A DNA stretch of 64,000 bases from an uncultured bacterium (GTDB taxonomy: Bacteria > Zhuqueibacterota > QNDG01 > DTFT01). The notes beneath the pieces are model-generated. The model saw only the letters and a program-made list of their open reading frames with translations. It had not been told where the DNA came from and searched no databases. Each line of letters begins with the position of its first letter. Position 1 is the first letter of the stretch. Location of the stretch: positions 32,001 to 96,000 of the forward strand of contig CAVTNR010000010.1 of NCBI GenBank assembly GCA_963736115.1, given 5' to 3'. The translations under genes and the position numbers were made by a program. Below are positions 1 to 8,851 of the stretch, in pieces.

Positions 1-933
1 GGTTTTTCGAAGATTGACCATGCGCCTTCGCTCCGAATCGGTCGCGAGCGGCACGGTCCGGACGAGAAAGGCGTCCTCCAGATATCCGAGAAACGCGTGA
101 AGCGAATCCTTCGAAACCGCCAAGCCCTGGGAACGCAAGTCGCCGTAGAATTTGTTGATGCTGAAGAAACCAGCCGCGTTGGAAAGGAGGTGCCGCACGA
201 GCCTGCGAAGCGCCAGGGGATGCGAGACCGCATGGCGCTCGATCACGTCGCGGAGGAGCACGACGTCCACGTAACCGCGCAGGAGCCCATGCCGGTCCCC
301 GATGGAGGCGGCCATTCCCTCGGGGAAGCCGCCTCCGATCAGGTATTCGAAGAATCGTTTTTCAAGGGCCGATCTTTCCGCTTTACCGACCGCCACTTCG
401 GATCCGGACGGCTCGTTTCCCGAATGACGCAGGGCCTCCCTGAAACTGAATGGATAAACGGTCGCCTCCATGGCGCGTCCGCGCATGGAAGTCGCGACTT
501 CGCGGCTGAGCAGTTTCGCGGACGACCCCGAAAGAAAGAGCTCGGCCTTCTCTGAATCCAGTATTCTGCGGGCGAAGGTTTCCCATTTCGGCACATTCTG
601 GATTTCATCGAAAAGAAAGAGCGTTTTCCGACGGTCTCTGAATTGGGGATTGAGTCTGTAATACTCCTCGAGAATGAGCGAACAATCGGCCGCGGTCATA
701 CCCGCCAGACGCTCGTCCTCGAAATTGAAATAGAGAAGGGATTCCCTCGCCCAGCCGGCAGCCAGCCGGTCTGACATGACCTGGCGCAGAAAAGTGGTTT
801 TTCCGGTGCGCCGCATGCCGATGACCGCAATCGCTTTACCGGGGATAGCCGGGAGACGGTTATCCCGACGCGTAAACGTCTCTATTGGAGCGGCGATTGA
901 ATCGACGATTTTTTGACGGATCAGGTCTAGCAT
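1..933 (-). CDS. AAA+ ATPase (AAA_14 / DUF4143 family), 3' end runs off the window
   Basis: Not in the ORF track. Manual translation from ATG at 933 gives MLDLIRQKIVD...AVIGMRRTGKTT (Walker A), LFLFDEIQNV (Walker B), SGSS and GGFPE; the frame stays open to position 1. Confidence 0.88.
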   Translation of the reverse strand, partial: MLDLIRQKIVDSIAAPIETFTRRDNRLPAIPGKAIAVIGMRRTGKTTFLRQVMSDRLAAGWARESLLYFNFEDERLAGMTAADCSLILEEYYRLNPQFRDRRKTLFLFDEIQNVPKWETFARRILDSEKAELFLSGSSAKLLSREVATSMRGRAMEATVYPFSFREALRHSGNEPSGSEVAVGKAERSALEKRFFEYLIGGGFPEGMAASIGDRHGLLRGYVDVVLLRDVIERHAVSHPLALRRLVRHLLSNAAGFFSINKFYGDLRSQGLAVSKDSLHAFLGYLEDAFLVRTVPLATDSERRRMVNLRKT

Positions 934-987
934 TTGTCCTTCTTTAAAGGACAATTTAATTAATTATTGTCCTTTTTCAAAGGATAA
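934..987. promoter_or_regulatory. Two tandem palindromic operator-like sites abutting the ATPase start
   Basis: TTGTCCTT-CTTTA-AAGGACAA (934-954) and TTGTCCTT-TTTCA-AAGGATAA (967-987), 33 bp apart. Confidence 0.6.
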
Positions 988-1134
988 TTTACGGCATTTT
1001 CTGAACGCCTCAGGGCTCAGCACAGATCGAAGGGCCTTCAATGATTGAATTATCCACTTGCTTGGTCCCTTTAGAGGCAAAGCCCTCCACGATTCGGCGC
1101 ACCCAATTCTAAAAAAAACTAATACTTGTGTGAA

Positions 1135-2943
1135 TTAATACTTTTTTCTAAATCCGCCCCGAATGGTCCTTCTTTCGCCTGGAATGCCGTCTGTCGGATA
1201 CTTTTTTTGTTTGCCGGCTGTTCGAACAGCCGGTTTTCCCACAAGGATCTGTTTCTGAACCTCTCTGCGTTCCTGATTTTTCTCGACGAATAAAGGCCGG
1301 CGGGTAAATGGATCCATGCCTGTGTAATACATCAGGGCCGAGAAAGTGGAAGGCAATGGCGTAAACAGCTGCACTTGCTCGGGGGAAATGTTCAGAACCT
1401 GTCCTGCGAATCGTTTCAATTCCCGCATGTCAGTCTCCGTACAGCCCGGATGCGCGGCAATCAGGTAATACGTCAGAAATTGTTTCTTGTGAAACTTCGC
1501 CGTAAGCTTTTCAAACCGCTTTTTAAACTCAACGAGATCTTCCCTGCCCGGTTTTCCCATTTTTTCCAGTACATGCCGTTCTGAATGTTCAGGGGCAATC
1601 TTGAGTTGCCCGGATACATGGTGATTGATGACTTCCTCAAGGTAGTTATTCCCATGGTCGGAATCGGACAGAACCAAATCGGTGCGGATTCCGGAGGCGA
1701 TAAAAACCTTTTTAACCCCAGGAATCCTTCTGATGCGACGGAGCAGTTCAATTTGAGGCTGATGCGTCGGTCTGAGAGTCGGGCACACTTCAGGATATAA
1801 ACAGCGGCGTTTCCGGCAGGAGCCCTTGGTTTTTTTAATGGCACATTCGAATCCATACATGTTGGCGGTGGGGCCGCCTACATCCAGAATGTACCCCTTG
1901 AAGCCGGGCAGGCGCGTGAGTAATTTTGCCTCAGCGATGATAGAATCAGGGCTTCGCCATCGAACGGTTCGCCCCTCATGAACAGTGATGGCGCAGAAAT
2001 TACACTCTCCATAGCATCCCCGGTGCGTGCTGATGGAGAACCGTATCGTCTCAAGCGCCTTGACCCGCCCTTGCTTTTCGTAATAGGGATGCTGGGCGCG
2101 TTGAAAGGGCAGTTTGTACACCGAATCCAGCTGGGCCTGGCTGGGCGTGGCCGGCGGCGGATGATGGACCAGCCATCGATCTCCATGTCTCTGTTTCAGA
2201 CCTTTCGCCGTAACCGGATCGTTGTTATTATAGAAGACATGGAACATTTCAATGAATGCCCGCTTGTCCGCGACTACCGTTTCATATGAAGGCAGTTCCA
2301 GAAAATCTTCAGGAGGTGTTCTGGCGATTTCACAAAGCCCGCGCACATCGTGGACGGGTTCTGATTTTTGAAGCTTCCCTGCCAGCTTCAAGACGGATTG
2401 TTCCGCCAACCCATAGAGCAGAAAGTCGGCTTTTGCGTCGAAGAGGATCGAACGCCGGATGGAATCATCCCAAAAATCATAGTGCGCGACTCTGCGGAGG
2501 GAAGCCTCTATTCCTCCGAGCACAATGGGGCGGGTGTTCTTGAAATAATGCCGGATCAAATTGGTATAAACGATCACGGCCCTGTCCGGCCGGCGGTCGT
2601 TCATACCGCCGGGAGTGAAATCATCGTTCTTCCGTCGTCTCTTGCCGGCGGTATAGTTCGCGACCATGGAGTCGACGCTTCCTCCCGTGACACCCCAGAA
2701 AAGGCGCGGTTCCCCCAGGCGGGAGATATCTTCGGGACCCGCCGTTGACGGTTGAGCGATGATGCCCACGCGGTATCCGTCTTTTTCCAATACACGGGCA
2801 ATAACCGAGGTTCCGATAAAGGGACTGTCGATGTAGCTGTCTCCGCTTACCAGAATCACATCGAGCTGTTCCCATCCGCGTTCACGAAGCTCTTCCGGCG
2901 TTGTGAGGATAAAGTTCGAATTCACTATCTTTCCAACCTCCAC
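1135..2943 (-). CDS. ygiQ: YgiQ-family radical SAM protein
   Basis: HRGCYGECNFC (CxxxCxxC), N-terminal DVILVSGDSYID, GGIEASLRR, DVGGPTANMY and YLIAAHPG motifs. Confidence 0.92.
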   Translation of the reverse strand: MEVGKIVNSNFILTTPEELRERGWEQLDVILVSGDSYIDSPFIGTSVIARVLEKDGYRVGIIAQPSTAGPEDISRLGEPRLFWGVTGGSVDSMVANYTAGKRRRKNDDFTPGGMNDRRPDRAVIVYTNLIRHYFKNTRPIVLGGIEASLRRVAHYDFWDDSIRRSILFDAKADFLLYGLAEQSVLKLAGKLQKSEPVHDVRGLCEIARTPPEDFLELPSYETVVADKRAFIEMFHVFYNNNDPVTAKGLKQRHGDRWLVHHPPPATPSQAQLDSVYKLPFQRAQHPYYEKQGRVKALETIRFSISTHRGCYGECNFCAITVHEGRTVRWRSPDSIIAEAKLLTRLPGFKGYILDVGGPTANMYGFECAIKKTKGSCRKRRCLYPEVCPTLRPTHQPQIELLRRIRRIPGVKKVFIASGIRTDLVLSDSDHGNNYLEEVINHHVSGQLKIAPEHSERHVLEKMGKPGREDLVEFKKRFEKLTAKFHKKQFLTYYLIAAHPGCTETDMRELKRFAGQVLNISPEQVQLFTPLPSTFSALMYYTGMDPFTRRPLFVEKNQERREVQKQILVGKPAVRTAGKQKKYPTDGIPGERRTIRGGFRKKY

Positions 2944-3129
2944 TTCGATGGTCTTGCCGTCTGTTTTAATCCTTTTCGGTTATTTTTCAGTGATAGAAAT
3001 TTGGATCGCCCCAGGGCACCGCCGCGATTGGAGGACCGGGCCTTCCGTTATCATCCATACCGGCCCGGAGCCGCGGCTCGATCTTAGACTCGACCAGAGG
3101 TCCGTGCCCTCCGGTCCTCGTTCATGCTC

Positions 3130-3951
3130 TCACATGAACGAGGACACCCACTGAACCCAATCGCCCCACACAGTGCCATAATCGGGCGCCTGCCGCATCA
3201 TCGGCGCGAGTTGTTTCTCCCACGCCTGTCGGTTCCATTCTCTGAAAGAATCGGACACAAGACGTTCCGCGTCCGGCCGGATTCCGCGGATCCCGCACTT
3301 GCGATGAAACAGTTCAATCACATCTTCTCCGGAGAGTCTTTCCTTCTTCAAACACAGAACAAACCAAAGATCGTACAAGTCTCTCGGGCGGGGCCACTTT
3401 TCCTGCTGCTGGAGAAGCGCCCGCATTTTCTCCGCAACCATCTCCGGCAGGCCGTAGGCGAAGATTTGAAAAGGAGGTATATCGGGGTAATCCGGTCGGA
3501 CCTCACGCCAAACGGGTTTCGAAAGAATGGGCTCATCGAAGGTCAAATGAAGCCTCACCGCGGGGAGCGCCCTGCGTCTGGTCCCGACCCTCGAATAATG
3601 CAGCGGTATCTCGATCTGTGCCTCACCCTCCGATTTCAGCTCACGCCCGACGGACATTTCCATACCGGAATCATGCCGCACCCTGCGGACAATCTCATCG
3701 AAGCGTTTTTCCAATCCACCGGACTGAGCCTCGCCTGGAGCGCACGAAAAATCGATGTCCTCCGAAAACCGGTATTGTTTGTAATAGCAGTGGCGCATGC
3801 ACGTACCGCCCTTGAACACCCATTTGAGCGGATCCGTCATCACCCCCGTAAAAGCGGATAGAACCCGGAGGATCACGTAGTCCTTCTCAGCCTGGTCGAA
3901 TCGCAACCCCTCCTGTTCCGCGGCCCGGTGCAGATCAGCGGTGGAACTCAT
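3130..3951 (-). CDS. AbiEii-like nucleotidyltransferase toxin (type IV TA)
   Basis: FKGGT, RFSEDIDF, EKMRAL and RPRDLYD motifs; overlaps the upstream gene by 4 nt (ATGA). Confidence 0.88.
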   Translation of the reverse strand: MSSTADLHRAAEQEGLRFDQAEKDYVILRVLSAFTGVMTDPLKWVFKGGTCMRHCYYKQYRFSEDIDFSCAPGEAQSGGLEKRFDEIVRRVRHDSGMEMSVGRELKSEGEAQIEIPLHYSRVGTRRRALPAVRLHLTFDEPILSKPVWREVRPDYPDIPPFQIFAYGLPEMVAEKMRALLQQQEKWPRPRDLYDLWFVLCLKKERLSGEDVIELFHRKCGIRGIRPDAERLVSDSFREWNRQAWEKQLAPMMRQAPDYGTVWGDWVQWVSSFM

Positions 3952-4736
3952 CCGAAGGCCCTGGAATTGATGAGAAGACCCCAGCGTTTATTGTATCGAC
4001 CGACGGATGGCAAGCCCGGATCGAGGCGGGGATATCCCGCGGCCAATGGCCCCGCCTGTCGGAGCGTTTCGGCATTCCCAAGCTTGTTTGTCTCCATGAG
4101 ATAGCCGAGACGTTTCACGGCGGCGGAATTCGCCATCCTGAAGGCATAGTCAATGAGTCTGACTTCGTCGAGATCCAGCCATGCGCGGACAAGCGCCTCG
4201 GTCACCGTCCCCATCCCGCCCGCATATTCCGGCAGATCAAGACCGTCGATGATTGTTTTCTCCCTGCCCGTGATCATGAATGGGCGATCATCGATCCATT
4301 CCTGATCGATCCCGAAATACCGCGCAGTCCGCAACGCGATGATTCTGAAGGAGAATCCGATGGATTGACGCAGGGGTCTGGAGACGCGATGGTCGGTCGA
4401 GACCGTGACGAGTCGCGACAGCTGTTCGGTGAATCCATGATAATTCATGGCCGACAGATGGGAGATCGCGGCCGGTTTGACCAGTTCCATCGCCACAATG
4501 TATTCATGAATCTGAGGCGTTCGTGCCGAACCGGAAGAAAGGGGAACAACGGCATACAGACCAGGTTTGACGCGTTCGATCCAGCCCTTCTTTCTCAGAC
4601 GGCTCAGAAACTGCCGTGCGAACCGGGCCTGCTGATCCCCGAGCATCTGCTCGGCGTCAGCCAGGTTGAAAATCCCTTTTGGACCAGCCTGGGTGAGAAA
4701 TCGTGTTTCAAGTTTTCCGATGGATTCTTTTATCAT
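3948..4736 (-). CDS. AbiEi-like antitoxin / transcriptional regulator
   Basis: N-terminal wHTH (LSRLRKKGWIERVKPGLY), ISHLSAMNYHG, EKTIIDGLD and KRLGYL; translationally coupled to abiEii. Confidence 0.88.
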   Translation of the reverse strand: MIKESIGKLETRFLTQAGPKGIFNLADAEQMLGDQQARFARQFLSRLRKKGWIERVKPGLYAVVPLSSGSARTPQIHEYIVAMELVKPAAISHLSAMNYHGFTEQLSRLVTVSTDHRVSRPLRQSIGFSFRIIALRTARYFGIDQEWIDDRPFMITGREKTIIDGLDLPEYAGGMGTVTEALVRAWLDLDEVRLIDYAFRMANSAAVKRLGYLMETNKLGNAETLRQAGPLAAGYPRLDPGLPSVGRYNKRWGLLINSRAFG

Positions 4737-4739
4737 ACC

Positions 4740-4783
4740 TTGATCACTATTTGTAGTTTGAAAATACTACATTCTATGATCAA
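4740..4783. promoter_or_regulatory. Imperfect inverted repeat, probable AbiEi operator
   Basis: TTGATCA-N5-TGTAGT / N8 / ACTACA-N5-TGATCAA directly upstream of the abiEi ATG. Confidence 0.6.
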
Positions 4784-4852
4784 AATAGCATTTTCAACAC
4801 AAATAATCAAGTTATTTCTCAGAAAAGGGCTGAAAAACGGCTCGCAGCCTGA

Positions 4853-4905
4853 ATCGCCCCAGGGCTCAGCCCTGGGGCGAGACGGCTATCCGGGCTCCGC
4901 GCCGA
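4853..4905 (+). repeat. REP-like palindrome, family GATCGCCCCAGGGCTCAGCCCTGGGGCG
   Basis: Identical core also at 5926 and 8103; variants at 1006, 3004, 5819 and inverted at 8191-8218. Confidence 0.85.
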
Positions 4906-5266
4906 TCCGATGGCTCAGCTCTCTGTATTTATCCTCACTGGGTCAGAGCCCCGGCTCGATCCGGATGAAATGAACTTAAGCCCAATTGACTTCATCTGCT
5001 TCCCGCAATTAGAATTTCCCTTATTTGCAGTAAACCCGTTTCCTGCAAATATGGCATTTTATAATTGCAGTTGCAAATCAAAATAATCGTGTTTGCTGCC
5101 TTTAGCCCACCATTTAGTATTTTTCCGGTTCTCGCGATCCCGGACCATGTGAACCGAAAGAAAATACCTTTCCTTTTATCCGATTTGGACTTGCATTTCA
5201 ATCGGGAATTGGCTATTATTCCGACCGGTCCTATTATCCCCTTTCACGAAGCCACGGAAGGCAAAA

Positions 5267-5809
5267 ATGAAAAACGACTTCGCGACAAAGGCGGATCTGA
5301 GAAAAACATCCGAGGGACTGCATCAGGAGATATCCGCCGTCAGAACCGATTTGTCCAAGACAGAAAAGGCACTGTGTCAGGAGATCGCCTCGGTCAGAAC
5401 AGATTTATCCAAGACAGAAAAGGCGCTGAGTCAGGAGATCACAGCCGTCAGAACCGATTTGTTCAAGACAGAAAACGCGCTGCGTCAGGAGATCGCCTCG
5501 GTCAGAACAGATTTGTCCAAGACAGAAAAGGCGCTGAGTCAGGAGATTGCCTCGGTTAAAACAGAATTGACTCAGAAGATCGACATAGTGAGTGACGATT
5601 TGAGTGATTTTAAAAAGGAGTTTGTGGAATATAAGCAAGACACGGGCGAACGTTTTAACGGCGTTATGACCGCGATCGACGGCCTGGCCGGGCTCATCTT
5701 AAACGGTCAGATCGAGAGATCATCCGTGAATCATGCCTTAAATCGCCACGAAGGCACTCTGAACGATCACGAGACGCGCATCGTGACGTTGGAGCGGAAG
5801 GGTATGTAA
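5267..5809 (+). CDS. Coiled-coil protein with 18-aa tandem repeats (DUF1640/Bdr-like)
   Basis: N-terminal ATKADL, then repeated QEIxxVRTDLSKTEKAL; purine-rich RBS-like sequence upstream. Confidence 0.7.
   Translation: MKNDFATKADLRKTSEGLHQEISAVRTDLSKTEKALCQEIASVRTDLSKTEKALSQEITAVRTDLFKTENALRQEIASVRTDLSKTEKALSQEIASVKTELTQKIDIVSDDLSDFKKEFVEYKQDTGERFNGVMTAIDGLAGLILNGQIERSSVNHALNRHEGTLNDHETRIVTLERKGM
5324..5560 (+). repeat. 54-bp intragenic tandem repeat (about 4.4 units)
   Basis: CAGGAGAT unit starts at 5324, 5378, 5432, 5486 and 5540. Confidence 0.95.
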
Positions 5810-5925
5810 AAGAATCCTGGATAGCCCCAGGGTTCCACTCTGGGGCGCATATCGAGGGTTCTGCCCTCTGTTATCGATTCTCGTGCCCACGGTCCCCGTG
5901 GGCACGTTTTATTCCGGCACCCCTG

Positions 5926-5997
5926 GATCGCCCCAGGGCTCAGCCCTGGGGCGCAATAACTATAGGGGCTCCGCCCCGATCTGACGGATGAAGGAGT
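5926..5997 (+). repeat. 72-bp REP-containing direct repeat, copy 1
   Basis: 66/72 identical (counted by hand) to 8103-8174. Confidence 0.9.
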
Positions 5998-5998
5998 T

Positions 5999-6068
5999 GT
6001 AGTGTTGGCCGAAGGCCCACCATTTAGTATTTTCCAGCCATAACTGGTGGGCCTTCGGCCCACCCTAC
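5999..6068. repeat. GTAG-type REP inverted pair (REPIN-like)
   Basis: GTAGTGTTGGCCGAAGGCCCACC ... GGTGGGCCTTCGGCCCACCCTAC; a remnant GCCCACCATTTAGTATTTT also occurs at about 5105. Confidence 0.75.
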
Positions 6069-6156
6069 GACTTCTTGAAAACAATATTTCCAGCCACTCT
6101 CAAGAGGCCCGTGGACCTTCGGAGGATAACTGGATATATGACTGATCTTTAGGACG

Positions 6157-7962
6157 TTAAAACTCTTTTTTCACCAGGTCTAAAACATTCTGATACTCCC
6201 AGTGAATACCCCCGTCCCTGGTTCTCAGAATTCCACCATTGTTCCCAACAGCCCATCCTTTCTCTCCGATAAACTGTGCATCGATTATGGTTTCAAGTGT
6301 GTTGGCCTGTATTAAACGCCATGTCGCTCCACGATCGTCCGTCCTATGGATGGTTCCCTCAGCGCCGAATGCACAACCGTGGTCCGGATCCGAGAAGTCG
6401 ATGCGCTTCGCAGTACCCGGGGGCAAAGCCCGTTTTTCCCAAGACTCTCCCAGATCGGGCGTGAAATAGATTGAATCCTGCCCGACAACCCAAAGAGCAT
6501 TTACATTCAGAATGTGAAGATTCCCCCACAACCCCCAATTGTTCCAGGTCTGCCCCTGATCCGTCGAATGGGCCAGGCCGTGACGGGTAGACCTCCAAAT
6601 ATTGCTGGTGTCCATCGCGAAATACTCGTACGCGTGAATATTATCCTTGTACAGATAATCCCAGGTCTTGCCGGAATCGCGGGTCGCTGAAATCGCACCG
6701 CCATTCATGTCCCAGGCCGTGATGACTCCGACCTTTTCGCCGCTGAACCGGAGATCTCGGATATCCTTTTTGCTGGGAATCGACTGAGACGACCAGGTCT
6801 CCCCGCCATCGGTCGTGTGTAGAACGAGACCGTTGCCACCCCCGATCCAGCCGTTCAATGAATCCGTAAAATGAATGACATTGAAGCTGTTCGATCGATT
6901 CGTGCGCTGCATGGATGTCGTCATTCTTTTCAGGAAATCCCCTTTTAGGTATGTTTTGATGTTCCCGTAATCCCAGCGGTCTCCCCCGTCCGATGTTTTA
7001 AGAATGATCCCGTCCTCTCCGACGATCCACCCGTGTAGACCGTCCGGCAGAAAAAAGACGTCGTTCAGAACTGTAGACCCGAGCAAGAGGAATTCGGGAT
7101 CACTGCAGGTGACACCTCCTGTTTTGGAGATCGCATAGAACTGATTCGCTTTCGCCCGGATGGACATGGTATACTTTGCTGTTTTTGTCGCGGTCCTTGT
7201 ATCGTAGAAAAGATTGTATATTCCAGGCTTGACAAAAAAGATCTTTTCTATGTCTTCCTTGATATAATTGTATACGACGTCGTATCCTTCATCCGTTCTT
7301 CCGGTCAATGCGAACTCCGTTACACCGGGAAAATTCACCAGAATGCCCGTCAGTTTTGCACCACTCAGTTTTGGGCCTGCATAAAGGTGGGTGCAATAAG
7401 AAGGATACGGTACAATGCTGATCAACTCTTCGCCACCCACCTTACGACCGCTAACGATGTCGGAACAGAGGGAGTCCTTCTTGATTTCAAAAAAAACAAG
7501 TCCCGTATCGCAGGTTCCTCCTGTACGAAGTTTCGATTTATTCTCAACGACTTCGACGAATCTACGGTCGTTGAACACGATTCTCCTCTTGAGTGTATCC
7601 GAATAATTGAGCGTTAATCCTTTTACTTTATACGCTTTTCCCGTCTCAACGGAAAACTCCAAAATTTTCAACTGTTCACTCTGCCCATTGACAGATCTGT
7701 CATCGGCCGATCGATACGGCGCTTTAAACTGAATAACGGCTGTGTGATTCCCTCCCAACACGGCGAATTTTCCCGCTTCCAGATCAACTTCTTTCCCGTC
7801 GATCTCAATAAGTCGAAAATAGGGATCGTCCAGTTTGAGGGAAGCCTCCAGAGTCTCCTGGCCGATAACCGGCGAGAATGGCAGAACGAAAAAACCAATC
7901 AAGGGTATCAGGACGGCTATTACCTGATTCCGGATTACACGGGACCTATTCGGCATACGCAT
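6157..7962 (-). CDS. Secreted YCF48/BNR-repeat beta-propeller protein
   Basis: Signal-like N-terminus; repeated GWIVG.DG.IL.T.DGG..W (BNR) motifs in the C-terminal half. Confidence 0.8.
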   Translation of the reverse strand: MRMPNRSRVIRNQVIAVLIPLIGFFVLPFSPVIGQETLEASLKLDDPYFRLIEIDGKEVDLEAGKFAVLGGNHTAVIQFKAPYRSADDRSVNGQSEQLKILEFSVETGKAYKVKGLTLNYSDTLKRRIVFNDRRFVEVVENKSKLRTGGTCDTGLVFFEIKKDSLCSDIVSGRKVGGEELISIVPYPSYCTHLYAGPKLSGAKLTGILVNFPGVTEFALTGRTDEGYDVVYNYIKEDIEKIFFVKPGIYNLFYDTRTATKTAKYTMSIRAKANQFYAISKTGGVTCSDPEFLLLGSTVLNDVFFLPDGLHGWIVGEDGIILKTSDGGDRWDYGNIKTYLKGDFLKRMTTSMQRTNRSNSFNVIHFTDSLNGWIGGGNGLVLHTTDGGETWSSQSIPSKKDIRDLRFSGEKVGVITAWDMNGGAISATRDSGKTWDYLYKDNIHAYEYFAMDTSNIWRSTRHGLAHSTDQGQTWNNWGLWGNLHILNVNALWVVGQDSIYFTPDLGESWEKRALPPGTAKRIDFSDPDHGCAFGAEGTIHRTDDRGATWRLIQANTLETIIDAQFIGEKGWAVGNNGGILRTRDGGIHWEYQNVLDLVKKEF

Positions 7963-8102
7963 AAAGCACCTCCTCGATTGATTCCAACCTTTTTGACTTC
8001 ACTGTTGATGTCCAGCCTTGAGCGCAGTTTCATTGGTCTTCCGCTCTGTGGGAGGAATCTCCGGTTCCTACAATTGCCGTTCATCCCCTGATAAAAACTC
8101 CT

Positions 8103-8218
8103 GATCGCCCCAGGGCTCAGCCCTGGGGCGAAATTAATATCGGGGCTCCGCCCCAATCAGACGGATGAAGGAGTCCTCCTTGTTCATCTGCACCAGGGCA
8201 GAACCCTGGGGCGATCAG
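8103..8218. repeat. 72-bp repeat copy 2 plus inverted REP partner
   Basis: 8103-8174 matches 5926-5997; 8191-8218 is an inverted copy of the core palindrome. Confidence 0.85.
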
Positions 8219-8316
8219 GGACAGGATGGAATTTAAGATCCTTGGTGTTGAAACGGTTCACTTCCACCGTCAGCCTTCATCGACGATGAATACTTGAGAC
8301 AGCTCCGAGTCAAAGA

Positions 8317-8670
8317 TCATCTCTTCGCAGCGGTCCATGTCCCCTGAACCGCACCGTTCCGGAAGGTCCCATTTGCGGATTTACTGCTCGTAAAATATCC
8401 GGTCATCTGAAAATTACCGGTCGAATAAGTGAACGCGTTGTCTTCGATTGGACTGATCATGCTGGAGGTGTAAGTACCGGGCGGTAGGTTGATTTGCCGT
8501 ATCCAATTGTCTTCCACTTTAAAATAGAAGATGTCATTCGAACTTGTCCGGCCGTCCCAGGTCCCATTGATCCGATAATTCCCCTCAGACCCGGTCGCGT
8601 TTTTCTCACTGCATCCCGGAATGAAACCAGTCGCCGCAACGATAAGAAAGAGTGTCAATAATTGTCTCAT
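8317..8670 (-). CDS. Hypothetical lipoprotein
   Basis: GGAG RBS before ATG 8670; MRQLLTLFLIVAATGFIPG-C lipobox-like signal; small beta-rich domain. Confidence 0.65.
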   Translation of the reverse strand: MRQLLTLFLIVAATGFIPGCSEKNATGSEGNYRINGTWDGRTSSNDIFYFKVEDNWIRQINLPPGTYTSSMISPIEDNAFTYSTGNFQMTGYFTSSKSANGTFRNGAVQGTWTAAKR

Positions 8671-8851
8671 TGGAACTCCATTGGATTTAACTCGAGTATG
8701 ATCATCAATCTGTATTCCTCCCATCGGAAATATCTTCCAAACCCCCGCTACTAGCTTTTAAACGCAAAATTTCATGCTTTCCCGGCCACTCGTCTGGATT
8801 ATGTGCGTACTTTTCAGTGGGTGGAGCCCTCCATGACCACCGCGGGAATAG

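Noticed and set aside
97-661. Short ORFs listed at the left edge
   Set aside because: Superseded by the minus-strand ATPase frame 1-933, which the track missed because it lacks a stop in the window.
5324-5560. Possible CRISPR array
   Set aside because: Contiguous in-frame 54-bp units with no unique spacers; a coding tandem repeat.
1006-8218. Classical integron cassette array
   Set aside because: No intI and no attC core or inverse-core sites recognised; kept only as a cassette-like observation.
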